This document shows positions 38,152-49,992 of a stretch of DNA of 64,000 nucleotides, in pieces (the first letter of the stretch is position 1; each line of letters begins with the position of its first letter). This DNA is from a virus. A program made the translations under genes and the position numbers. Under the pieces are notes generated by a model. The model was not told the DNA's origin and made no database searches. It saw nothing but the letters and a program-made list of their open reading frames with translations. The DNA lies in IMG/VR virus record IMGVR_UViG_3300031414_000009, positions 1 through 64,000 of that record; one strand, given 5' to 3'.

Positions 38152-38231
38152 AAGCTATTCTCTTTGGTGGTTTTCTAAAAGATTCAACGGCATAATAAAA
38201 ATTTACCAGGGGGTTAGCCCTGGTAAACTTG

Positions 38232-38708
38232 TTAGTCGCACGGCTTCCAGTATTCGTCCGTAAAATACAACTCCGAGGGGAGTTTCTTATCCGTGAGTAG
38301 TTTCTGCACCTGAACACGAACACGTTCCAGTTGAGCCATGCCCTCATCATCCTTACCTTCGACATAAAGGATAGACATATGGGGAGCATAGTTATCAAAG
38401 CTGTAGCTAAAGCCGGCTTCAATTAACTCAAAGTGACGTTTCATGATTTTATCAGATGAGAGTAATAACACTACCGCTTTGCCAAGCACCGCCACACCCA
38501 TCACGTTAGCATGATAAATTTCAGGTGGTATCTCAACATCGTCTGTGGTCTTGTTATTACGTTCATCGTACATCAGGGTACAGTGGAGCTTCTCAATTGG
38601 GATAAGTGACAAACCTTTCGGTAAGTCAAGATCACGAATCGCTTTCAGCACGTTGTTGTGCGGATTGATAATCGGTTTAAGTGCCGAATATCCGATCTTC
38701 GTACCCAT
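38232..38708 (-). CDS. 2H phosphoesterase, T4 57B / Acb1-like
   Basis: LHCTLMY and PHMSILY HxT/HxS motifs, ~160 aa. Confidence 0.75.
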   Translation of the reverse strand: MGTKIGYSALKPIINPHNNVLKAIRDLDLPKGLSLIPIEKLHCTLMYDERNNKTTDDVEIPPEIYHANVMGVAVLGKAVVLLLSSDKIMKRHFELIEAGFSYSFDNYAPHMSILYVEGKDDEGMAQLERVRVQVQKLLTDKKLPSELYFTDEYWKPCD

Positions 38709-38737
38709 TGTCATTCCTCTGCAATAAAAGCATAGAA

Positions 38738-38935
38738 TTAGCGACGCTTGCAGCAATACTGACAAGACGACAGAAACAGGTACACCATGATCGGCAACCA
38801 GCCCGTTGCCAACACAACACGTTTAATGGTAATCCAACCATCGTCATTATTGTATTTCTGCTTTGCGCAGTGTTTCTCTAACTTACGGTCGATAAGTAAA
38901 GCCACCAAAAGGTATATAGCTAATCCATAGTACAT
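38738..38935 (-). CDS. Small membrane protein
   Basis: Two hydrophobic segments. Confidence 0.55.
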   Translation of the reverse strand: MYYGLAIYLLVALLIDRKLEKHCAKQKYNNDDGWITIKRVVLATGWLPIMVYLFLSSCQYCCKRR

Positions 38936-38994
38936 ACGACCACCAAAAAAAAAAAGAACAGCGAGGAGTAGGGAGCCTTTTGGCTCCCTACGGG

Positions 38995-39342
38995 TTAGAT
39001 GGCTTCGGTGATATCTCCGCCACCCGTCAGCTCGCGATAAGCGCGAGCAATCTCGATACCATCTTCAGTCACCTGGAAGTTAGCACGAGACAGACCGTGG
39101 TCAGAGAGTACTTCCGTGCGTGAAACCAACGGTTTAAACAGACCGAGTCCCAGCCAGGTCACGATCAGTACTTTATTGTCGGTGTAGTCAGGGATATCCT
39201 GACCCATATCGATTTTAAAGTCCGCAATGAACTTGCCATCCGCACGGGTAACTTTTACCTGCATCGCATCTTGCCCGCTGTCGCCAATGACAGTGTCACG
39301 AGTAATAACGATGTCGGCAATTTGTTTAACGTGTTCGGTCAT
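38995..39342 (-). CDS. Hypothetical protein
   Basis: ORF with AAGGA SD. Confidence 0.7.
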   Translation of the reverse strand: MTEHVKQIADIVITRDTVIGDSGQDAMQVKVTRADGKFIADFKIDMGQDIPDYTDNKVLIVTWLGLGLFKPLVSRTEVLSDHGLSRANFQVTEDGIEIARAYRELTGGGDITEAI

Positions 39343-39351
39343 AATGATTCC

Positions 39352-39960
39352 TTATTCAATATAGCCAGTGTAACCGGCGAGTTTGACATTAACAAAGTTT
39401 ACCTTAGTGTCGTATATAACAGTAAGGTGTTTATTGGTGCCGTTTTCCATAGTGGCGATCGCGTTCCAGTGATTGGGGCTAACCTCTTCAATGAGATTGA
39501 CCTTCACACAACCTGGAGCATCAACGCCGTCAGCTTTCTTGGTTAACCCAGTTACAGTCTGACAGGCTGTGTCCGCAATACCCGCTTTGTCTACCTTCAG
39601 TTGATTATAGCTCAGCAAAACGACACTGAAAACTAACGCTGCCATTGAGACATGGAAGACCTGGTGATGTCGCCCAGTCAGGTTGTCACGCTTCCACGCA
39701 TAGACTGGTATAAACAAGAACCATATCCAGTGCGGTGGTGTGTGTCCTGCCTTACGGAGCACCATGCGATCCATCATGAACAAAACAATAGCCAACCCGG
39801 TTGAACCTAGGGTCAACAGAGTATCTATGGCTAACCCGAACGAGGGAAGTATTGTGTGAATTGTCCCTAAGGCAATCAACACGTAAATATATTCCTTTGT
39901 CACGTACGGTTTTCTGAGCGATTTGTGCAGATGATCGCCGTCAAAGTCAGCGCCTAACAT
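39352..39960 (-). CDS. Membrane protein with C-terminal periplasmic domain
   Basis: 3-4 TM segments, W..F.PVY.W.R, Cys pair. Confidence 0.7.
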   Translation of the reverse strand: MLGADFDGDHLHKSLRKPYVTKEYIYVLIALGTIHTILPSFGLAIDTLLTLGSTGLAIVLFMMDRMVLRKAGHTPPHWIWFLFIPVYAWKRDNLTGRHHQVFHVSMAALVFSVVLLSYNQLKVDKAGIADTACQTVTGLTKKADGVDAPGCVKVNLIEEVSPNHWNAIATMENGTNKHLTVIYDTKVNFVNVKLAGYTGYIE

Positions 39961-40027
39961 ATATTCTGGTTCCTTTATTTTAAAATACTAACCGGCATAA
40001 AACCCTCCTCGAAAGGAGGGCTGGTAT

Positions 40028-40420
40028 TTAAAGTACGGCGCTAACGTCTTCACCACGCCCAAGGACTAGGTGTCGAACGCGCTTTGATTCGAACTCACGA
40101 ATGTCGCGAAGATCCGAATTGAACGTCGCCATATTTGTGGCAACTTGTTCATCTGAAAGCCCTTCCGCTTTCTGACGTTCAGCGTATTCACCCATCGCCA
40201 CCGTAGCAGGATACACAACTTTTACGTTGAGTTTAGCTGCCACGATTTCTTTGAGTACGCTCAGCTTGAGAGGTGCGCAGATATACTGCACGCCTTCGGG
40301 TGCTTCCGCTACACTGTCGATCTGGAATTCGTCTTTCCATTCCACAGTGCTTGGGTCTTCAGCCTGTTCTGTCCATGCCTTTAGCCCAACACCCGGATAA
40401 CCTAATACGATTTCAGCCAT
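40028..40420 (-). CDS. Degenerate P-loop kinase-like protein
   Basis: IVLGYPGVGLK, VVYP. Confidence 0.55.
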   Translation of the reverse strand: MAEIVLGYPGVGLKAWTEQAEDPSTVEWKDEFQIDSVAEAPEGVQYICAPLKLSVLKEIVAAKLNVKVVYPATVAMGEYAERQKAEGLSDEQVATNMATFNSDLRDIREFESKRVRHLVLGRGEDVSAVL

Positions 40421-40641
40421 CACGAAGTCCCGATCGTTGCTCGGCTCTGATACTGAACCAACCACTCGCCTATCTTACCAAGGTAACGTGACTCGTCACT
40501 GGGTAATGAAAGAATGGCTGTTTCATCATTGCCGAACTTGAGTGTTAAATCAGTGGCGTCCTTGGTCTTGTCGTATGTGGCATCTGCCGATACAAGGTCT
40601 CTTAACGCCAGGCGAGTATGTCGCCGTCCCGACTTATCCAT
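40420..40641 (-). CDS. Hypothetical protein
   Basis: ORF, ATGA coupling. Confidence 0.6.
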   Translation of the reverse strand: MDKSGRRHTRLALRDLVSADATYDKTKDATDLTLKFGNDETAILSLPSDESRYLGKIGEWLVQYQSRATIGTS

Positions 40642-40654
40642 TGACGCCCCCTAA

Positions 40655-40837
40655 TTAGATTTTGCAGCCATCGCCACAGTCGTTATCGCCGGCTGCTACT
40701 TCGATCGCTTCACCGCCGCCAGAACGCATCTGATCGACTTTGGCTTCCGATGCTTCGAAATCCAGATTACCCAGCGCGGCATCCATATCGAAAGAACCGT
40801 CCGAAGCTTTAGCCAGGATATCGTCTACCTTACTCAT
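40655..40837 (-). CDS. 60-aa acidic protein ending in NrdA-like tail DCGDGCKI
   Basis: AAGGA SD; terminal Cys pair. Confidence 0.7.
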   Translation of the reverse strand: MSKVDDILAKASDGSFDMDAALGNLDFEASEAKVDQMRSGGGEAIEVAAGDNDCGDGCKI

Positions 40838-41168
40838 CTTTATTTTCCTTACAGTTGGGATTGCTAATCAGCATACCATTGGCATCTTTGAACGTAACGT
40901 CGATCGAACCGTCCAACAAGCCTTGTAGTGTAGTTAATACCTCCTGCGCTCTGCTGTGCGCAAAGAAGTTATCGCTACTGATATAGTACATGATCTCACG
41001 CACTTGTTGATTCGTGGCCTTCTTACCTAATTCAGTGGCCAAAGCACGCATGGTGCGATTCTTCGGTTTCTTGCAATTAGGTTCGTCGAGTTCACGCATC
41101 TGAGTGGAGATAGCTAAGAGCGCAGTGGATAACTCATGTCCCATCTGGGGTAGCGGGAGTTGTTCCAT
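40830..41168 (-). CDS. Hypothetical protein
   Basis: Start MEQL after AAGGA. Confidence 0.65.
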   Translation of the reverse strand: MEQLPLPQMGHELSTALLAISTQMRELDEPNCKKPKNRTMRALATELGKKATNQQVREIMYYISSDNFFAHSRAQEVLTTLQGLLDGSIDVTFKDANGMLISNPNCKENKDE

Positions 41169-41466
41169 TTTGTTCCTTATAAAAGTAATCGAGTGAAAGG
41201 CCAAAGGCGTTATTGATAAAACGACTACCGGCTTTTGGGTCGGGTGGGTTCTCGTTACTACAGAAGAACAAATCCACTTCCAACCCCTTAGACTCGTCTA
41301 TAATCAACTTTACTCTGCGATCTAGCCGATGTACTACCTCAGCCAGAAAGTTCTTCAGAGTCCGACTGACGTCGTCTAAGGGGGTGTCGTATTGTGGATA
41401 CGAACACACCCCAACGAGTTTGTCTTCTAGGTCAGAATCGAAGAACGATAAGACTATAAAAGACAT
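41134..41466 (-). CDS. Hypothetical protein
   Basis: ORF. Confidence 0.65.
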   Translation of the reverse strand: MSFIVLSFFDSDLEDKLVGVCSYPQYDTPLDDVSRTLKNFLAEVVHRLDRRVKLIIDESKGLEVDLFFCSNENPPDPKAGSRFINNAFGLSLDYFYKEQNGTTPATPDGT

Positions 41467-41476
41467 TTATCGTTCC

Positions 41477-42391
41477 TTAGTTTTCCACCGCAGTTTTGCT
41501 CAGGCGAGCTTGCGCATGGTTGTAAGTATTATCGCGACCGAAGTCAATCACGCGGATGCTGGATTGCGCGATTATCGGGTACATAGTAACGACGATCGCT
41601 ATAAAATAGTACCCGGCTTCAGCGTTATGACGTACTTCAACGGTGTGGGTATAACCGAAGTTTTCATCACGCAGTAAACCCGCATATGCTTCGACTAACT
41701 CTTTACTCTCATGACGTAACGCAACGGCCACACCGTGCCGATGGTGCTTAACCAAGACCGGCATAACGTCAGATGGCACTGCCCAAGACTGAGGTGTCTG
41801 CTCAGCGGTGAGATCAATGTCGCTTTCGTCTTCAATGGGCAGCTCTAAGAAACCCATGAAGTAGAGGCGAAGTTTGTACAGTACGTCGTACAACAACTTA
41901 GTCTTCTCAGGCTTACCCGCTGTAAATGTACAGTGACCCCCCTGGAACCCGATGCAGATGGTCGGTTCCGGCGGTAGACGCTCGCCATTTACCTCCCTTG
42001 GGTTTTCCAACGCTAGGCGATAGCAGCCAGTTAGGTTAAAACCAAATTCGCTCGGTGTACGCACATTCCAGTCGTATTCGCTTGGGGCGTTGACAACCAT
42101 CAACACATACCCGGTCTTAGAGACACGCAGGTTGTTGATGTTGGGGAACTGCATAAACGGTACAAACTGCATCGCGTCGAAATCATTGCTAATGGCGACG
42201 GTTGGCGCTTCGGTGGGTATTGTGGTAAGTTCCTCAACGTGCACGTAGAACTCTACACCCAGGGAGTCTTCCACAGTGACAACACCCGGTTCGTTACCTG
42301 GACCGAGATAAAGTACTGATTTAGTGCAAATGCCACCATCCGGATCGTTCCACAGATACCAGCTATTTCTTACCAGTTCGATCTCTTTCAT
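41477..42391 (-). CDS. Hypothetical protein
   Basis: 304 aa ORF. Confidence 0.7.
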   Translation of the reverse strand: MKEIELVRNSWYLWNDPDGGICTKSVLYLGPGNEPGVVTVEDSLGVEFYVHVEELTTIPTEAPTVAISNDFDAMQFVPFMQFPNINNLRVSKTGYVLMVVNAPSEYDWNVRTPSEFGFNLTGCYRLALENPREVNGERLPPEPTICIGFQGGHCTFTAGKPEKTKLLYDVLYKLRLYFMGFLELPIEDESDIDLTAEQTPQSWAVPSDVMPVLVKHHRHGVAVALRHESKELVEAYAGLLRDENFGYTHTVEVRHNAEAGYYFIAIVVTMYPIIAQSSIRVIDFGRDNTYNHAQARLSKTAVEN

Positions 42392-42888
42392 TTCGGTTTC
42401 CTTTGTTTCTTAAAGTTAGAGGCCATGGCCGCCAGCTCTGCAAATGTGAAGATGGCAAACTGATGTTCTTTAGCATCGGTCGCTTTACAGAACAACTTCA
42501 CTGCATCTTCCAGAGTGTCAGTTAAATGTAACGCCGAGAAACCATGTTCCTCAACGGTGAGGTGTTGTGAACGACAACGTAACACGCCCGGTCCGTTTAT
42601 GAGACGAGCTTCAGAAAGGAAGCCGGCTTCCTTGTCGATAAAGTAATCGCGCAGTATGCCGTGTTCGTCCACTACCCCTGTCAACCAACGGCTATCGTGA
42701 TTGATGTTATCTGAAACACCGCCAGCGCGATAGTCCAGGAAGTTGGCAAAGACCGGACTAGTTGGGATCAACACACCAAACTGAGTCACTAAGTTTTGTA
42801 CCGGGATGTGCGTGTACATCGCATTAGGACGAACCTCACCACACACGAAAGCAATGCGGTCGTCTCTGACCATATAAACGTTTGACAT
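42388..42888 (-). CDS. Hypothetical protein
   Basis: ORF. Confidence 0.7.
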   Translation of the reverse strand: MSNVYMVRDDRIAFVCGEVRPNAMYTHIPVQNLVTQFGVLIPTSPVFANFLDYRAGGVSDNINHDSRWLTGVVDEHGILRDYFIDKEAGFLSEARLINGPGVLRCRSQHLTVEEHGFSALHLTDTLEDAVKLFCKATDAKEHQFAIFTFAELAAMASNFKKQRKPK

Positions 42889-42889
42889 C

Positions 42890-43411
42890 TTAACCTGCCT
42901 TAATTGCTTTCAGTTTGTTTGCGTTAATAACGTCTACACCATATCCAGACAGCGCATCGTATCGGTTGGCAAACTCAACAGCTTGCTTAGGCGTTTTACC
43001 GGCGAGCATAGCAGATGATGCAAACGTAGCCCCAGTGCCAACGGTGTAGTAGTCAATAAACTCATCGGACACAGCGATCAGTCCTTCGATGATGCTGATG
43101 AAGAGTTTACGCGTCAGTATCAAGGTAGGCTTTTTCACGCGCTTGTTAATCGCCAACGCCATCTCTGTGAAACCTTCGTCCGTTAACTGACCGCCCCCGC
43201 TAAAGTGATGAGCTACCGCACGAAAGAGCTTTTCCAGATCTTCGGTGTGGTTCTTACTGAGGTCGATCCCCGTAGATCCATATGCGAATGTTCCGCACGG
43301 CGAGAGTTTGATCTTGGGACCATCTGCGAAATGCGTACCGCCATCGTCGCCCTTGATGAGTAATTGGCGATCTGCTGCAATGCATTTAGAGTTAACAACA
43401 ATCGTTGTCAT
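42890..43411 (-). CDS. HslV/proteasome-beta-like Ntn hydrolase (paralog 1)
   Basis: N-terminal TTIV, AADRQ, KI, VGTGATFA, D..SG. Confidence 0.7.
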   Translation of the reverse strand: MTTIVVNSKCIAADRQLLIKGDDGGTHFADGPKIKLSPCGTFAYGSTGIDLSKNHTEDLEKLFRAVAHHFSGGGQLTDEGFTEMALAINKRVKKPTLILTRKLFISIIEGLIAVSDEFIDYYTVGTGATFASSAMLAGKTPKQAVEFANRYDALSGYGVDVINANKLKAIKAG

Positions 43412-43473
43412 TGTTTCGATTCCTTATCCAACAAAATAGAATGAGAGTGGGTTTTCACCCACTCTCTTATGCC

Positions 43474-43794
43474 TTAGTAGCCGTTAGACTTCATGTTACG
43501 ATCTGGGCTACCGCGACCGGTACGCTCAGGAGTACGCGCAGTTGCCTTGACCGCAGTGCGACCAATCAGCAGGCCGCCTTCAACCTGAAACGTGATGGAA
43601 TCGCCAACAGACAGACGACTCTCACCATCCAGATACTCGACCTTCACCGGGATCTGGCAATGGTCCTGACCGGAGATAAAGACGCCTTTCTTATTGATGG
43701 AAACCACTTCAGCTTTCGCGGTGGTAACAGAACCAGCTTTGCCTTCTTCAACATCCAGGAGCTGTTTGAATTTGTTATCGATAATCAGTTGCAT
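43474..43794 (-). CDS. Small S1/OB-fold protein
   Basis: AEVVSINKKGVFI...LSVGDSITFQV. Confidence 0.6.
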   Translation of the reverse strand: MQLIIDNKFKQLLDVEEGKAGSVTTAKAEVVSINKKGVFISGQDHCQIPVKVEYLDGESRLSVGDSITFQVEGGLLIGRTAVKATARTPERTGRGSPDRNMKSNGY

Positions 43795-43822
43795 CTTTTC
43801 ATTCCTATTGGTAAATGGAGTC

Positions 43823-46187
<2,365 letters not shown>

Positions 46188-46255
46188 TGCGTTTCCTTAT
46201 ATGGGTTAATCAGAGTATTTCTCGTGCGTGTAATTTACTACGTCATATGCACTAG

Positions 46256-46276
46256 GATAATGTATACTTCAAAGTT
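46256..46276 (-). promoter_or_regulatory. Early-type promoter
   Basis: AACTTTGAAGTATACATTATC. Confidence 0.6.
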
Positions 46277-46333
46277 TATTGAACAAAAAAGAAAAGGATA
46301 GAAAAGAGGAGACCCGAAGGTCTCCTCTGTATG

Positions 46334-46867
46334 TTACGCGTTATCCATAAAGTGGCGTGTGATTTTAGCCATAGCGTTAACAAAATTAGCATCGCTCAGA
46401 TATGTCTCAGTGAAGTCCACCGGTCCGTTTTCCAGATGCACCGCAGACATCACATCAACCTCGAGTTCTTTACAGCGAACTACAACTGTAACTTGCGTCA
46501 GCTTGCCATCGATGCGGTCGAGCATAAGACCACCGATCACGCCATTGTTGGTTTCGAAGTATTCCCAGTGATCTTCGGACATCCATGGTTTGTTGCTGTA
46601 CATGCGGGCCAGGTCGCGACGCAGTTCTTCACGCTGTGCGTCGGTCAGATCCAGTTCACTGTTGTGCGACTGTACATAGATGATGCGATCCAGATGTTCA
46701 ACGTCCAGCTGCTCCAGAGGTTTGGAATCGGTGATTACAGTTTTTGATTTCTCTACGCCAGTGTCAGTGGCACTGACTACAACGTGACCAAGGTTTGCGG
46801 TTGGGAACTCAGGCACGATAGATACGGTGGTGGTGTTGCTCAGAATGAAAGTAGTTAATGCGATCAT
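46334..46867 (-). CDS. Hypothetical early protein
   Basis: Monocistronic, early promoter and terminator. Confidence 0.75.
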   Translation of the reverse strand: MIALTTFILSNTTTVSIVPEFPTANLGHVVVSATDTGVEKSKTVITDSKPLEQLDVEHLDRIIYVQSHNSELDLTDAQREELRRDLARMYSNKPWMSEDHWEYFETNNGVIGGLMLDRIDGKLTQVTVVVRCKELEVDVMSAVHLENGPVDFTETYLSDANFVNAMAKITRHFMDNA

Positions 46868-46925
46868 TGTTTTGCTTCCTTATAAAGAGTAAGTTGAGTG
46901 AACAGTGCTGTTACTATTCACTCGA

Positions 46926-46946
46926 GTACTATATATCTGAAAATTT
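46926..46946 (-). promoter_or_regulatory. Early-type promoter
   Basis: AAATTTTCAGATATATAGTAC. Confidence 0.6.
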
Positions 46947-46959
46947 GCTGAAACGGTGG

Positions 46960-47451
46960 TTAACGATCGCGCACGCGCATTAACGCATCGCCCAACATAT
47001 TCAGCCCACGCCAACACGTCTGGTCCATATGGTCTGGATGATCGATATCCATACCGATGCCCCAAAGCGTATCTGTGGGAGATGCTTCCACCAAGACACG
47101 TTTACCGGTAGCTTTCAGTTGTGCCATCAACTCGGGATTCTGTTCGAACTTAGCAGACAATACGTCGCACATTGTAGCAAAGCGTTCACCAGCCCATACC
47201 TGGTCATTATAAGGCGAGACCTCACGACCAAGCATCTTGCAGACAAATGGCGCATTGCGTTTGATCGGTTCAACGGCAGCAATCTTGGCAGCGGTTTTGT
47301 AGTCTTTGAAGTGCATGGCTTTCAACCACATAAACGCCTGCTCAGAGCAGAAGAAATCGACGCCTGCCATACTAAAGTTACAGAGGTAGAAGTTGCTGTA
47401 GATATCGTCCCCATAATAGAAGAAGACGAAATCATCAGTTGTCTTTATCAT
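46960..47451 (-). CDS. NADAR (YbiA/DUF1768) family protein
   Basis: SNFY, SEQAFM..KA..F.D, AKF.QN, LVEASP.D..WGIG, G.N.LG..LM.VR. Confidence 0.92.
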   Translation of the reverse strand: MIKTTDDFVFFYYGDDIYSNFYLCNFSMAGVDFFCSEQAFMWLKAMHFKDYKTAAKIAAVEPIKRNAPFVCKMLGREVSPYNDQVWAGERFATMCDVLSAKFEQNPELMAQLKATGKRVLVEASPTDTLWGIGMDIDHPDHMDQTCWRGLNMLGDALMRVRDR

Positions 47452-47702
47452 ACCGCACCACCGCTCTGCTTGTACACGTCACCATCGCCTGGGACTAGCA
47501 GTGACGGAACGGAGGCAATGGCAGTCCAGTCCACTTCGCGTTTATCTAATTCCATACTACGAATCAGGTCTTTGCATTTGAAAGCAATGCTCTGATATTT
47601 GCGACGCCCTTTTGGGATTACCCGCGTTGGGTTTTTACGGTGGAGTTTCTTCTTCTCCTGACGTGTCATTTTAACGCCCGGCTTTAATTCTGATTTTGCC
47701 AT
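47448..47702 (-). CDS. Small basic protein
   Basis: K/R-rich ORF. Confidence 0.6.
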   Translation of the reverse strand: MAKSELKPGVKMTRQEKKKLHRKNPTRVIPKGRRKYQSIAFKCKDLIRSMELDKREVDWTAIASVPSLLVPGDGDVYKQSGGAV

Positions 47703-48196
47703 CTTAACATCCTCTTTAACTTTTCAGAAAAGGTGGGTTGCTCTTTCTCCACAGGTTTGAAGAACTCGAAGAATTCAGCAACCGTGTGGCATGCCTGAGC
47801 AGCGAGTATGCAATTGGTTAAAATAGCGTGCTCATCGCTCTTGAGTGGGTTAAGTCCAGGTAAGTCATACGGATGACGCTTGCCCGCTTCAATGTTCTCA
47901 GGCGTCCATACAGGCGACACCAGAACCCCTGGGTGTTTGTGCCCAGCTACGTCATTGACAAGCCAGGTACCGTCGTAGGTTACGATCAGTGCACGATGTG
48001 TCATACCACCGTAATACTTATCGCCCCGCTCAAGATAACCATCTAACAGTTGGTCGATGTGTTCCTTGAAACAATACACACCCACCATGATAATCTTACT
48101 ACCTGCCCAATAAGCATCCGGTCCGTTTTTGCTATACGCAAAACACAATTGGGTTGCGCTATCCGGCACACCAGACGAAGAAAGCATTACTCTCAT
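47684..48196 (-). CDS. Hypothetical protein
   Basis: ORF. Confidence 0.65.
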   Translation of the reverse strand: MRVMLSSSGVPDSATQLCFAYSKNGPDAYWAGSKIIMVGVYCFKEHIDQLLDGYLERGDKYYGGMTHRALIVTYDGTWLVNDVAGHKHPGVLVSPVWTPENIEAGKRHPYDLPGLNPLKSDEHAILTNCILAAQACHTVAEFFEFFKPVEKEQPTFSEKLKRMLRWQNQN

Positions 48197-48642
48197 TGTA
48201 AACTCCCATTGAAAACGTATTCCAACTTGCCACGTCTGTATGCGCCCTTAACAACTTCGTTCAGGTCATATCCGTAGCGGTTGACGAAGATACGGCTGTA
48301 GTGACCCAGCAGTTCTTCTGAGACCGTCACTAACGGCTTGTCGCATTCGAGTGCATCCATCGCATGCTCTAATAACCTCAGACCCAAGCCCGTGTTCTGA
48401 CACTGCGGGTTCACACGAACACAGCGCAGTTTGGTTTCCTCTGCTTTTTTGGCCAAAACAAAACCGACCAAGTCCCCGCCAACAAAAGCCCCTATTGCTA
48501 GGTTGCTCTCGTTGGCGGGGTCGGATAGGACTTTGTTGCGATACCAGTTGTCAATGTTCGGGTAATACTGATCGAGGGTTAGCAGTGAAGGGGTGAGGAG
48601 CCGAAGCTCCTCCAATGTTTTAAGTTTTCTTATTTCTACCAT
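48193..48642 (-). CDS. GNAT acetyltransferase
   Basis: VRVNPQCQNTGLGLRLL acetyl-CoA motif A. Confidence 0.85.
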   Translation of the reverse strand: MVEIRKLKTLEELRLLTPSLLTLDQYYPNIDNWYRNKVLSDPANESNLAIGAFVGGDLVGFVLAKKAEETKLRCVRVNPQCQNTGLGLRLLEHAMDALECDKPLVTVSEELLGHYSRIFVNRYGYDLNEVVKGAYRRGKLEYVFNGSLQ

Positions 48643-49003
48643 TGTCTAACCAGAATATAAACCTTAACCAAAGCCGACCCCACCAATACTTATTGAGTTT
48701 GGTAAACATCTGGACCGACTCACCCATTTCTTTAAACACTTCCGAGTTGGAGAACACATCCACTTGTCCATATGGAGTGTGTAATGCCACATACCACCCG
48801 TGAGGATCGCCGGGCTTATCCTTGATCTCTTTGAGTTCCCAGTCTGGATAGTTGCGTGCTACTTCATCGTGCATTGCACCTGGGTCATACAGGTAATCAA
48901 TGCGAAGGGAATCCTTAACGTGGTCAGGTACGTTATCGTGCCACCAATCCGGGGCAGCGGGGTTTTCATCCAACCACGCCTTTGCTTTGATTAAACTATC
49001 CAT
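48620..49003 (-). CDS. Hypothetical protein
   Basis: ORF. Confidence 0.65.
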   Translation of the reverse strand: MDSLIKAKAWLDENPAAPDWWHDNVPDHVKDSLRIDYLYDPGAMHDEVARNYPDWELKEIKDKPGDPHGWYVALHTPYGQVDVFSNSEVFKEMGESVQMFTKLNKYWWGRLWLRFIFWLDNGRNKKT

Positions 49004-49012
49004 TCTGGTTCC

Positions 49013-49657
49013 TTAGCATTTAAATGTGTTGTTGTACCACGTACCGACCCTAGCTGCATAGCTAAGCAGGCAACCGTAGAACACGCGAAGCATTGGACGG
49101 CGATATAACTTAGTCATCATCTTCGGTTCTCTGGCATTCGTGTCGTAGATCCTTAAGTACCCACCACACGTATCCGAAAGCGCTAGGGCAGCGCACACGG
49201 TACCGATTTCGTCAGTCTTGAAGAACCGGGTAATGACCTCCACTGGAGCACGCCCAGATCCAATGCATACCAATTCATCTCGCTTGTGATTTTTAACTAT
49301 AAAAGGAGGACCTTCTGTTGAGCGACGGAAATTAACCTCGTAACAATGGTTAGCAGTCAATACCAGCATGACACAATCCAACCCGATAGCCGCCTTTGTA
49401 TTGCGGAGTATTTTGTACGAGTCTAATGCTTCTTTCCCGCCCTTCATCAATATATCGGTTGCTATGGTAATAGCCTCAGAAGCCCCGGCACCAGCAACCG
49501 CCAAAATGACTTCCTTGTCCCAAACCGCAAGTTTGTTTTCTAACTTGTAACTGGGATATGATGTTATCTTCACGATGTTCTCGTGTTGAGAAACCCCACG
49601 AGATACTGTTCGGGAGTCGGCATAGAAAACACCACCACGTTGAACAATGACCGTCAT
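49013..49657 (-). CDS. HslV/proteasome-beta-like Ntn hydrolase (paralog 2)
   Basis: N-terminal TVIV, YADSR, KI, AGAG, IGSG, TCGG. Confidence 0.7.
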   Translation of the reverse strand: MTVIVQRGGVFYADSRTVSRGVSQHENIVKITSYPSYKLENKLAVWDKEVILAVAGAGASEAITIATDILMKGGKEALDSYKILRNTKAAIGLDCVMLVLTANHCYEVNFRRSTEGPPFIVKNHKRDELVCIGSGRAPVEVITRFFKTDEIGTVCAALALSDTCGGYLRIYDTNAREPKMMTKLYRRPMLRVFYGCLLSYAARVGTWYNNTFKC

Positions 49658-49659
49658 CG

Positions 49660-49992
49660 CTACTCCTTAATTAACACCAGAACCTCGCCATCCATATCTG
49701 CCAGTCCTGCGGCATACAGCAACGCATCTTCCACCTCCAGACCGTTAGACTCGCCTTCCAGCAACAACTCAATGGTGCGTCGGGCTAACCAGCTAGGTAG
49801 AGTATATGTGGTGTTGCCTTTGAGCAGGGCTATGGCATTCACTTTGTCATATGGGTCTTCAAAGTGAACCATGAACGAGTGTGACGGTGTGGTGTACTTC
49901 CGGTCCACAACACGAGTGGCTTTATACAACAATGCCGTGTCCCAAACCGTAAACTGGCGCTTAGTTACTTGGATTGGATTTGCGTTGTTCAT
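49660..49992 (-). CDS. Hypothetical protein
   Basis: Start MNNA, ATGA coupling. Confidence 0.6.
   Translation of the reverse strand: MNNANPIQVTKRQFTVWDTALLYKATRVVDRKYTTPSHSFMVHFEDPYDKVNAIALLKGNTTYTLPSWLARRTIELLLEGESNGLEVEDALLYAAGLADMDGEVLVLIKE

Noticed and set aside
38946-38955. Poly-A run as a phase-variation tract
   Set aside because: Intergenic; it is the U-tail of a minus-strand terminator
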